Of a DNA stretch of 29,914 nt, positions 8,084-15,818 are shown piece after piece; within the stretch, counting starts at the first letter, position 1, and the number at the start of each line of letters is the position of its first letter. The notes below the pieces were generated by a model that saw only the letters and a list, made by a program, of their open reading frames with translations, made no database searches and was not told where the DNA came from. Both the position numbers and the translations under genes were made by a program. Origin of the DNA: a virus (taxonomy: Duplodnaviria; Caudoviricetes); the IMG/VR virus record IMGVR_UViG_3300020044_009798, positions 1 to 29,914 of that record; one strand, given 5' to 3'.

Positions 8084-8656
8084 TTAGTCCCCAATTAGCC
8101 ATTGGTTAGTGTATAAAGCTCTAAAAGTTGCCGAGTCCCATTTTTTTAAAGTAACGGAAATTAAACCCGTTATTCTATCCCCTGCAGGGTCATCGCACAA
8201 AACGTTCACCGTATTGTTATTCGCATAAATTCGGTAAAATTGCCCGATGGATGCGCCGATGGTTGGTAGTCTAAAATTGCCGTTTCCTACTGCGTAAATT
8301 ATGTAGTTAGTTGTTAGGATATTATAATTACCCGATGCACTAACTATATTTGTTTCCAACCCACCACCACCGCCGCCGCCGCCAGTAGCGTGCAATTCGT
8401 TAAAAAAGTATGTTACAAGCAGCGTCCAAAGCGTAGGCAAATTTCCTGTAAAAGCAACAGCAGCAGCAGGCAAAATCTGCGTTTGGGTTACAAATCCCCA
8501 TTCGAGAAAATACCGGCGTCCTACTTCGTCTATTATGTCAATGCCGCCACGCTTAAATGATAAATTAAACGTAACATTTTCTGATAAGCTCGCCACTACT
8601 GCGCCACCTATAAGAAAGAAAACATCCCCATTTAGCTGCTTTTGTATTAAAACCAT
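8084..8656 (-). CDS. fibre/spike-like protein, paralog of 7421-8071
   Basis: TQILPAAA..TLL..YFF versus TQVEPAAA..TLL..FFF; Gly8 linker; C-domain with LPT..GQ.Y motif. Confidence 0.6.
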   Translation of the reverse strand: MVLIQKQLNGDVFFLIGGAVVASLSENVTFNLSFKRGGIDIIDEVGRRYFLEWGFVTQTQILPAAAVAFTGNLPTLWTLLVTYFFNELHATGGGGGGGGLETNIVSASGNYNILTTNYIIYAVGNGNFRLPTIGASIGQFYRIYANNNTVNVLCDDPAGDRITGLISVTLKKWDSATFRALYTNQWLIGD

Positions 8657-9333
8657 TTTAATACGTTCTTTTTATAGGGGCTTGTTCCTTTACACGTATC
8701 GCACCCACACCCACTTACATGGCACTTACAAAGTTTATCAGCAGGGTATAATGGGTAATCGGTGCGGTTATCGCATAGGTACTCTTTAATTTCTGCCGTA
8801 AAAACATCAATCGTGCGTGTTTCGTTATCTTGCAAAAGCTGCATTTCACCCTTACTTGCTCCTCTTGCAAACTCGCTATTATTGATAAATAGGCCATTTG
8901 CGCCCGTTTGAATTAGGATGTTTGGCAACGATTGCAAATAGACAGAACGGCCGCAAAGCTGAAAGAGATATTTATCCCAAAGCGTTTGGTAAAAGGCGTT
9001 TGCAAACTTGGGTAATACCGTCCAAAATAGCGTATTTAATGGCTGTTCTGCTCCCGTTGTATTTTGGATGCACTCATAGGCGAAACCGTAGAAATTGACT
9101 ATATCCGTAGCTACATACAACGTGCCACTAACAAAATCGGGAGAAGCTGAATAGTCTATAATATCCGCTATCATGTCTTCATACAAATCCTTACACAAAA
9201 GCGGCTTAATAAAGCGCAATTCGGCAGGCTGTATCTGATTTGCGATTAGCTGCACATCGAATCTGGCATTTAACGGACTAGACCGAAAAACGCCCGTATT
9301 GAGGGCTTCGTTTGCATTAATTAGTGTTTCCAT
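8647..9333 (-). CDS. putative head-tail adaptor with internal carbohydrate-binding-like module
   Basis: Immediately downstream of portal; AE..FIKPLL..DLY and YL.DN...YPLY motifs. Confidence 0.6.
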   Translation of the reverse strand: METLINANEALNTGVFRSSPLNARFDVQLIANQIQPAELRFIKPLLCKDLYEDMIADIIDYSASPDFVSGTLYVATDIVNFYGFAYECIQNTTGAEQPLNTLFWTVLPKFANAFYQTLWDKYLFQLCGRSVYLQSLPNILIQTGANGLFINNSEFARGASKGEMQLLQDNETRTIDVFTAEIKEYLCDNRTDYPLYPADKLCKCHVSGCGCDTCKGTSPYKKNVLKWF

Positions 9334-10805
9334 TATTCGGCATCATTTTCTTGCGTCATTTCATCTATTCCCGTCATTTCTTCTTCCTGTACTTCCTCGT
9401 AGCCTAATATTTCACGTTGCTCATCTGTTGTCAAAACGGATGCAACGTTAATATCACCCAAGAAGCTAACAGGGTTATTATTAAGCGGTTTAAGCTCACT
9501 ATTGCCAAAGTCTTTGCCCTCAAAAGCTGCTGCCTCTTGCAAGGTACGGTTAAGCCATTGGCCGTATATCGTATTTTGAATAGGGCGTATAACGGTATTA
9601 CTAACCACCTCAAAAGCATTACGCATCTGTTGATTATCACCCAAAGAGCCTGCAACGGTAACACCGACAAGCGAGGGAGACCATTCGTGGGCTGTGATAA
9701 TATTATCCCTTGCAACCGTTCCCAGCTCCGTCCACATTCCATCGTACTGATTGGAAAGTATATCTACTTTGGAGGCCATAGACGGGTCGCTTAAAACCTG
9801 CATAATAACTTGGCTATTCAAACCCGTTCCTGTGTATTTTTCGTGGACTGCCAACATTGCCTGTTCTGCTTCCTCATCGCTCGCACCATTCGCAAAGGAT
9901 TGAATCAAAGCGGATGGCATAAAGCCGTTACGGAATTGACTTTGGTTAAACTTAGCTATTCTATATTCCATCTCGCTATGTAGAACCGAAGCGATATAAG
10001 TAGGTAGGGCGTAATATGTAAAAGTAGGGGTATAGGTTTTAATATGCAAAACGGAACGCTCTACGTTTGGGTTATCTTTGTCCGCTTCAAAAACGGGATA
10101 AAGTGGGTACTCGATTAAATCCGTGGGCCATTGTTCGCCCGTGTCCCAACGCTGCGAAAATCCGATTCTTGTAGCTTTGCCCCAGTTCTGTTGCTCAATC
10201 TTTTTAATGCGCCCCCATGCGAATTGGATATGCTCTTGGTAGTACCGTTTTGTGCTGCCTACAGTGCTTTTAGTTATCAGTATGTAGGCATTACCAAAGG
10301 TGTTAAAATCGGCGGTAACTTTGCGCAGTTGGTCAATTACAGAGCCCTCGTTTTGCGATATATTCTCTAAATATTCATTTATAGCAAATAGCTGTTGGTC
10401 GGTTATTTCGGTATCGTTTTTTAGTACGATTCCTTGTTTTGCGCATACCGTCATTCCATCTCCAACTACCATTCTGTTTTTCTTTTCGATTATCGCTGCA
10501 TTGGTTGGGCTTGTAGTAAGGGCGTTAAAAACCTGCGCTAATAAATTGTTATTAGTGCTTACATAGGGTATAAACGGAATAGATGTGTTTTGTACTACTT
10601 GGCGGCTATTCTCTTTGGGGCTATCTCCTAATAGAACATAGTCCCCTAATTCGCCGTCTCTTTGGCTGCGATACCTAGACGGTAAATGACCGTATAATCT
10701 ATCTACCTCCCATGCCGTATTACAAGCAACAAACCGCTTTTTATTCGGCTGTTGGTTCGATTGTTTCGCCTGATTCCTTTGCTGATTTCTTTTTCCCGTT
10801 TCCAT
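9333..10805 (-). CDS. portal protein
   Basis: SPTNAAII..K, DFNTFGNAY, YYALPTY, FRNGFMPS, KYTG..N and IRPIQ motifs; start METGK at 10805 preferred over 10880. Confidence 0.88.
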   Translation of the reverse strand: METGKRNQQRNQAKQSNQQPNKKRFVACNTAWEVDRLYGHLPSRYRSQRDGELGDYVLLGDSPKENSRQVVQNTSIPFIPYVSTNNNLLAQVFNALTTSPTNAAIIEKKNRMVVGDGMTVCAKQGIVLKNDTEITDQQLFAINEYLENISQNEGSVIDQLRKVTADFNTFGNAYILITKSTVGSTKRYYQEHIQFAWGRIKKIEQQNWGKATRIGFSQRWDTGEQWPTDLIEYPLYPVFEADKDNPNVERSVLHIKTYTPTFTYYALPTYIASVLHSEMEYRIAKFNQSQFRNGFMPSALIQSFANGASDEEAEQAMLAVHEKYTGTGLNSQVIMQVLSDPSMASKVDILSNQYDGMWTELGTVARDNIITAHEWSPSLVGVTVAGSLGDNQQMRNAFEVVSNTVIRPIQNTIYGQWLNRTLQEAAAFEGKDFGNSELKPLNNNPVSFLGDINVASVLTTDEQREILGYEEVQEEEMTGIDEMTQENDAE

Positions 10806-10950
10806 TTGCTGCTGTCTTTTTGATAACGTAAGGATGTTTGATTTCTTCGTGTAAGTATTGGAGTTGCTCCTGTGTAGCATCTTTTAGAATGCCGTCAAAT
10901 TTGGCCGCTCCTATCCTTACATTTTCCTTTCCTTTCAATATTTCGTACAT
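10741..10950 (-). CDS. small virion-associated hypothetical protein
   Basis: 69 aa containing DATQEQLQYLHE, A-rich leader; overlaps the portal 5' end. Confidence 0.65.
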   Translation of the reverse strand: MYEILKGKENVRIGAAKFDGILKDATQEQLQYLHEEIKHPYVIKKTAANGNGKKKSAKESGETIEPTAE

Positions 10951-10964
10951 ATTTTTTATAATTT

Positions 10965-10993
10965 AAAAAGGGTAGGCAGTTGCCCACCTACCC
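10965..10993 (-). terminator. intrinsic terminator after capsid and tail-tube genes
   Basis: Stem GGGTAGG / CCTACCC followed by T5 on the minus strand. Confidence 0.7.
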
Positions 10994-11020
10994 CATGACA
11001 GAAAGAGCAAACAAGGAAAA

Positions 11021-11557
11021 CTAGACTGGAACAGTGCCTGTAAATTTGTGTGCTAATTCGGTTGTAATACATTGCAAAACGATTGTTGTTTGTTTGGAAT
11101 CGCTCAAAGCTTTTCCGCTTGTGCCTGTGGTACTAAGCAGTTTTAAGTGGCGTTTATCCAAGTAGCCAACAGCCCAAGAAGTGCCGTCGAACATCTCGAC
11201 AATTGCAACCATTCCACAGCATACAGCTGAAAAAATTTGCTCCAAAGCGTTGCGGCCTTCAACTGTGTTACAAGGGAATGTAAACTCCAATTCTTGCGTA
11301 ACAACTTGGGCGCATCCGTTTTCGGTCGGGGCTGCATTCTCGCGAAATTCACCCGTAAAATCTTGGAAGTCGTAATCGAAAAACACCTTTAGGGCGTCCA
11401 TTGTTACGGCTGTAAAAATGCCCGTTGCGCCTGGCGTAAAACCCTCCGTGCCTACGGTTGTATCAATATCGTCTTTGTTGGTAAAGTAGAGCGTTTTAAC
11501 CCCACCCGTGCAATTTGCCGTTGCACAACTAATCGTATAACCTGCTGTTAAAGCCAT
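11021..11557 (-). CDS. major structural protein, probable tail tube protein
   Basis: 178 aa, LT.G..I.C....GGVK.LYF N-terminus, follows the capsid gene in the same high-expression unit. Confidence 0.6.
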   Translation of the reverse strand: MALTAGYTISCATANCTGGVKTLYFTNKDDIDTTVGTEGFTPGATGIFTAVTMDALKVFFDYDFQDFTGEFRENAAPTENGCAQVVTQELEFTFPCNTVEGRNALEQIFSAVCCGMVAIVEMFDGTSWAVGYLDKRHLKLLSTTGTSGKALSDSKQTTIVLQCITTELAHKFTGTVPV

Positions 11558-11580
11558 GTTTTTTAGATTTTAAGGGTTAA

Positions 11581-12576
11581 TTAATACGCTGCGCAAATCA
11601 ATTCAGGAAAGTCAATTTGAACACCGAATACAAACAAATTACGAACCAACGTTTTGAGGTCGTAAGGGTTGTAAAGAATCTCGAAGCTCATACCCTCTTG
11701 GTCATTAATGGCCCAAACAAAGTTCTGTTTCATTGTCAATACGGCCACATTTGCAAAGTTCAAACCAAGTTCAGAGCTGCAAAGTGCATCCCATTCGTAC
11801 TGAGGGCGAATCTCGATACCATCAAAATATTCTACGGTGATACCGTTTATAATTTGCGTGGTGTAGATTGTAGAATTGTACGAACCTGCTTTAAGGTCTT
11901 GTTTAAAGCGTTGGTACACCGCACGGGTCATGTAGATAACCTTTTGGCTAATATCTACGCCTGCCGTTTCATCGTTGCATTGGTCTACAAGGTCTTGCAA
12001 AAGTTGGATACCTTGACCTGCTGTAAGGGCTGCGCCTTGATAGCTTGTTACTTGCTTTGCAACGCCGACAGCAACCGCCTCTTTAATCAACTCAAAGTAG
12101 CCTTTAATTTGGTTAAATTCGGGATTAGCCGACAATTTATTACCAAACCAAGCGATAAGAGGCAAGTGGTTTTTATTTTCCATCATTGTCATTTCTGCAA
12201 TGAGGCCGCCCAACTCCGTACCAACCAAATTGTATTGGTCTAAGTTTGCACGTTGCAAAAGTGCTAAAACGGTGTTATTAAATTCATCACCGCAAAAATT
12301 ATTTTGGTAACCCAATTGAGTGGGAATAAATGTGCGTTGGGTAATTGCACGGGCTTCCGCTTCGGGAATAGTGCAACCGTCAATACGGCGCAAAGGATAT
12401 TTGCGTTTTGCAACGGTCAAAAGTTTGCTTTCCACGTCTTTATGTACTCCAACACGCTGGATGCGATAATCGGAAGCAATGAACGGGTCAGTATAAAGTG
12501 GCTCGGTAACGATTGCACGTACTTGTTCGAGCGTAAGGTTAGTTGTTAGTGCTAATTGACTGAAATTAGTAGCCAT
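11581..12576 (-). CDS. major capsid protein (HK97 fold)
   Basis: 331 aa downstream of the protease; FNQIKGY, VIYMT..VY, FDGIEI and FGVQ motifs. Confidence 0.8.
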   Translation of the reverse strand: MATNFSQLALTTNLTLEQVRAIVTEPLYTDPFIASDYRIQRVGVHKDVESKLLTVAKRKYPLRRIDGCTIPEAEARAITQRTFIPTQLGYQNNFCGDEFNNTVLALLQRANLDQYNLVGTELGGLIAEMTMMENKNHLPLIAWFGNKLSANPEFNQIKGYFELIKEAVAVGVAKQVTSYQGAALTAGQGIQLLQDLVDQCNDETAGVDISQKVIYMTRAVYQRFKQDLKAGSYNSTIYTTQIINGITVEYFDGIEIRPQYEWDALCSSELGLNFANVAVLTMKQNFVWAINDQEGMSFEILYNPYDLKTLVRNLFVFGVQIDFPELICAAY

Positions 12577-12599
12577 TATATTTTAGTGTTTTAGTTGGG

Positions 12600-13421
12600 T
12601 TATACAATAGTTGCGGTGAAGTTCACAACATACGCCGCATTGGTCGTATTATTGTTCACTGTGATAGAGCTTGCAGCGATTGCGCCTAATGCCGTAGTAT
12701 CAAGATTCACACGCATTGTCGTTGGGCTTTCCTCACCTGTTGCAATAGCCAAAGGAAAGGGAATAGTTTGGTTAAATGCTGTTGCAAGGGTCATCGCTGC
12801 GCCGTTATCGGTTGCACTAAGAATACGCAAAGGTTTTTGACCCGTTTGAGTATTAGAGAAATAAATAAGAGCGTAAGCGGTTGAATTTTGCGGAACTGCT
12901 ACACCAAAGGCCAAAGTACCCCCGTCGTTTACGTTTGCTTTTGCTACCGTTACAACGCCGTTCACAACCAACTCGCCAGCAAGCTGCAAAGTACCCGCCG
13001 TTTCTACCGTGCTGTAAGTGTATGTAATAGAACCTTTTGCGCCTTCCATTTTGTAGTTAAAAGCTCCGAATTTGGGGTCATCTGCGCTAATTGTAGGCTC
13101 TTCCCAATAGAAAGCAACAGTCCAATCGGTTGTTGCGTCTAGGCTAGAAGTTGTAATAGCAACGGGAGTTGCTACGCTAGCAACATCCAAAGAGCCAACA
13201 ACTTCAATACCTTTACCGTCTGTAATAGTTACACGGAAAACGCCGAGCGTGTTATCGGCGGGCAAAGATGCCGTAAGGGTTGCCGTTGTTGCACCTGCAT
13301 TGGTTACAAGCGTACCGCTAACGGGAACGGTAGCATAAGGATTTGGCAAATAAACGGTAAACATATTGTCGCCGTTTGCCTGTGGGTTTGTAGGATATAC
13401 AAGTTCGAATGGTGATGCCAT
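12600..13421 (-). CDS. putative head decoration protein, Ig-like beta-rich
   Basis: Thr/Val/Ala-rich 273 aa between protease and capsid genes. Confidence 0.5.
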   Translation of the reverse strand: MASPFELVYPTNPQANGDNMFTVYLPNPYATVPVSGTLVTNAGATTATLTASLPADNTLGVFRVTITDGKGIEVVGSLDVASVATPVAITTSSLDATTDWTVAFYWEEPTISADDPKFGAFNYKMEGAKGSITYTYSTVETAGTLQLAGELVVNGVVTVAKANVNDGGTLAFGVAVPQNSTAYALIYFSNTQTGQKPLRILSATDNGAAMTLATAFNQTIPFPLAIATGEESPTTMRVNLDTTALGAIAASSITVNNNTTNAAYVVNFTATIV

Positions 13422-14470
13422 TATTTACTGGATTTTAAAATGTTTGCGAAATGATTGAAACCGTTTTTAAAGGTCGTTTTTTCGGCCTTCGGAGCTTCGG
13501 GCGTGGTCGGTGTTACTTGGGCTTGTGCCTTAACTGCTACCGTTTCTAAAGCCTTGATTTGGTTTTGTGCCTCTTGCAGTTGTGCCATTGTAGCGTTCAA
13601 TTTTTCTTCGATTGCTTCGGCCTGTTTGCTTACTGCATAACCTTTAGCTTTTAGCAATTCGATTGCTTTTTCTTCGGTAATTTCCTCAGCAGCTATCGCT
13701 TTTGGCTCTTCGATTACAACGGGTGCAACGGGTTCAGCTACCGCTTCGGCTGCCTCGTTTTTGAAACCAAAAAGAGCAGCAAGTTTGGCAAAAAAGCCCT
13801 TTGCTTCCTCTTGGGTTAATGGTGTTTTATTTTCCATTTTTGAGAAACTGTTTTTAAAATTGGGAAATTGGTTTTTAATCTGTGGATATTGGGTTGCAAG
13901 TTGTGCGGCCAAATCTTCGGTTTCTTCTTCGGGAGCTTGTTGGGGTACATCGCAGTTCACTAACTTATCAACTAGGCCCATATCTAGACATTCACTAGCC
14001 GATAAGAATTGGTCTTTGGTCATTAATTCAGCCAACATTTTTTCGGTATCAGCAACCGAGCCATTAACCAACTTTCCGTTTTTAGCGATACGGCCCACAT
14101 AATAACCCATGATGCTTTTGCTGATTTGGTCTAATTGGTCGGCAGTCTGTCTTAGCTCTTCAGACGTGCCAAAATTGCCACCCATTGCGTTATGTATCAG
14201 CATGGTGCAATTATAATCCATGTGGACTTTATCGCAGCACATAGCCACCACAGTAGCAATAGAGGCCACCGAACCGCAAAGAATTGCTTTGGTCGGCATT
14301 GGGTGCGTTTTAATCATTGTGCAAAGTTCCAAGCCTTTGAACACATCGCCGCCGTTGCTGCATATTGTTAAGTCGATGGGCATGTTGCGATTTTCCAAGA
14401 TTGTGCGTTCTGCTGCATCTTGGTAACGGCTGCCCATATCCACTATGTACCCTAATAATAATACTTCCAT
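13421..14470 (-). CDS. ClpP-type prohead protease fused to a scaffold-like region
   Basis: CSNGGDVFKG, ASIATV, MLIHNAMG and FLSA.ECL..GLVD motifs; acidic, Ala-rich coiled C-terminus. Confidence 0.92.
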   Translation of the reverse strand: MEVLLLGYIVDMGSRYQDAAERTILENRNMPIDLTICSNGGDVFKGLELCTMIKTHPMPTKAILCGSVASIATVVAMCCDKVHMDYNCTMLIHNAMGGNFGTSEELRQTADQLDQISKSIMGYYVGRIAKNGKLVNGSVADTEKMLAELMTKDQFLSASECLDMGLVDKLVNCDVPQQAPEEETEDLAAQLATQYPQIKNQFPNFKNSFSKMENKTPLTQEEAKGFFAKLAALFGFKNEAAEAVAEPVAPVVIEEPKAIAAEEITEEKAIELLKAKGYAVSKQAEAIEEKLNATMAQLQEAQNQIKALETVAVKAQAQVTPTTPEAPKAEKTTFKNGFNHFANILKSSK

Positions 14471-14489
14471 AATAAAAAAGTGTGTAACG

Positions 14490-14551
14490 CAAATTTACGC
14501 TACACACCACCCCGTTTTTTCGCAAATAATGCGAATTAATCCGTATATTTG
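14490..14551. promoter_or_regulatory. divergent promoter pair with a central palindrome
   Basis: TAAATTTG (minus, 14497-14490), TATATTTG (plus, 14544-14551), TTCGCA-aataa-TGCGAA at 14519-14535. Confidence 0.65.
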
Positions 14552-14571
14552 TAAACTAAAACTAATCGAAC

Positions 14572-14814
14572 ATGGAAAACTTTGATTTTGGACAAAGATT
14601 GCGAATGATTGGATTTAAAGAAATGGAATCCTATTATGTAAAAGCAGTAGGAGAAAAACGTTTAATCGTTACCGTCTGCGAGGGCTGCCAAACTTTTCGG
14701 GTTAAGTATGGGAATAATGGGAGTTATATCAGTATAATAGACCCGAAAAAAAACCGAATACCGCAAACAGGTGAGGAGTTTAACGAATTATTTAAAATTT
14801 TAAAGGGGGTATAA
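14572..14814 (+). CDS. moron protein 1 (MENFDFG paralog)
   Basis: 80 aa, own promoter, antisense to the structural operon. Confidence 0.75.
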   Translation: MENFDFGQRLRMIGFKEMESYYVKAVGEKRLIVTVCEGCQTFRVKYGNNGSYISIIDPKKNRIPQTGEEFNELFKILKGV

Positions 14815-15056
14815 TGGAAAACTTTGATTTTGGGAAATGGCTAGAAGATAAAGGTTTTGTTTATTGCTTTTCTGCATACTACAAAACTATTAAAAGCACG
14901 CTTTATGCGCTATCGTTGTATGATAGCGATGTATTCGATATATCTTGGATGTGTGGAAACGATAAAGGGAATGCACTTAATTTTATTCCTATACCCAAAA
15001 GCGCAGCCGAAGCTGAAGCGATATTTGACAGATACCAAATACCGCTAAAACAATAA
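14814..15056 (+). CDS. moron protein 2 (MENFDFG paralog)
   Basis: 80 aa, TAATG-coupled; first 20 nt identical to the upstream gene. Confidence 0.75.
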   Translation: MENFDFGKWLEDKGFVYCFSAYYKTIKSTLYALSLYDSDVFDISWMCGNDKGNALNFIPIPKSAAEAEAIFDRYQIPLKQ

Positions 15057-15353
15057 GCCCGAAAACCAAACGGCATAATTTTTTCTAATCTCCCACAGTT
15101 GCCGCTCTGAAATCGGCACACGCTCCAATGTCCGATGTGATGCGAGGCCACAGTCCCCACGCTTACGGCGTGCCGATACCGTTCTTTCTATTTCCTTTTT
15201 GTATATCCAAATAGCCATAAACCGCAAAATCTGTTTTTCGGTAATAATGCCCAATTGCACCAAAGCACGAAGCAGGTCGAGCGGTTTAAGGTCTGCGAAT
15301 TTAGTCGCTATTAGGGTGCAAAAATCGGCGTTTAGTTTAGATTGTTTACTCAT
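15045..15353 (-). CDS. basic protein, possible HTH regulator
   Basis: 102 aa, C-terminal ISERQLWEIRK helix resembling an HTH recognition helix; lies upstream of head genes. Confidence 0.55.
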   Translation of the reverse strand: MSKQSKLNADFCTLIATKFADLKPLDLLRALVQLGIITEKQILRFMAIWIYKKEIERTVSARRKRGDCGLASHRTLERVPISERQLWEIRKNYAVWFSGLLF

Positions 15354-15393
15354 TATTTAAATTTAGCTTACTTTTTACTCATTATTTAAATTT
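15345..15393. repeat. 20-bp direct repeat, period 29
   Basis: TTTACTCATTATTTAAATTT at 15345-15364 and 15374-15393; core TTTACTCATT again at 15557-15566. Confidence 0.9.
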
Positions 15394-15395
15394 TG

Positions 15396-15407
15396 TTTGT
15401 ATATTTG
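15396..15407 (+). promoter_or_regulatory. Bacteroidota -7 promoter element
   Basis: TTTGTATATTTG; no canonical -33 element at the expected spacing. Confidence 0.55.
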
Positions 15408-15411
15408 TCTT

Positions 15412-15559
15412 ATGAAATGGTACTGTTGGGAAACAGCAAGAAAATATCAAAGATTTATATCAAAACCGATTTAGGATGCAAACCTAAATCAAACAAACTT
15501 AGAACGCCAATTCTAGGTTTATTTGCGCTCAGGACGGCAATCCTGAGCGCATTTTTTTT
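15412..15559 (+). ncRNA. putative small structured RNA B (four hairpins)
   Basis: Hairpins at 15423-15436, 15468-15490, 15495-15520 and 15524-15551 plus T8; homologous to 4675-4777. Confidence 0.6.
15524..15559 (+). terminator. intrinsic terminator
   Basis: TGCGCTCAGGA-cggcaa-TCCTGAGCGCA-T8. Confidence 0.85.
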
Positions 15560-15818
15560 ACTCATTTTCGTAACGGGTTTCGAAATACTCTAATACTTTA
15601 TTTACGCACTTATTGCAAGATAGATAGGCCTTTAATTTGGGCGCAAATCTCTCCTCTTTTGGCTGCCATTCGTGCGGCTCGACATATCGCAAATAGATAT
15701 TAGTAAGGGTACGAATATTCGATTGTCTTACCGTAGGGGGCAAATAGCCCCCTTTATTTATCAGCTCCTTGACCTGCGCTTCAATGTCGCTAGGTATTGG
15801 CATTTCGTATATTGTCAT
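15558..15818 (-). CDS. hypothetical protein with CxxC
   Basis: 86 aa, SCNKCV; ATGA overlap with the tape measure stop. Confidence 0.7.
   Translation of the reverse strand: MTIYEMPIPSDIEAQVKELINKGGYLPPTVRQSNIRTLTNIYLRYVEPHEWQPKEERFAPKLKAYLSCNKCVNKVLEYFETRYENE

Noticed and set aside
10806-10880. Extended portal N-terminus from 10880
   Set aside because: Lies wholly inside the upstream 69-aa gene; a later Met is more plausible
11617-12243. 208-aa plus-strand ORF, and similar antisense ORFs over the tape measure, tail and helicase genes
   Set aside because: Shadow frames of well-supported minus-strand genes, with no motifs or expression signals
15345-15393. Mini CRISPR array
   Set aside because: Only two 20-bp AT-rich copies with a 9-nt gap; explained as a duplicated translation start; no cas genes
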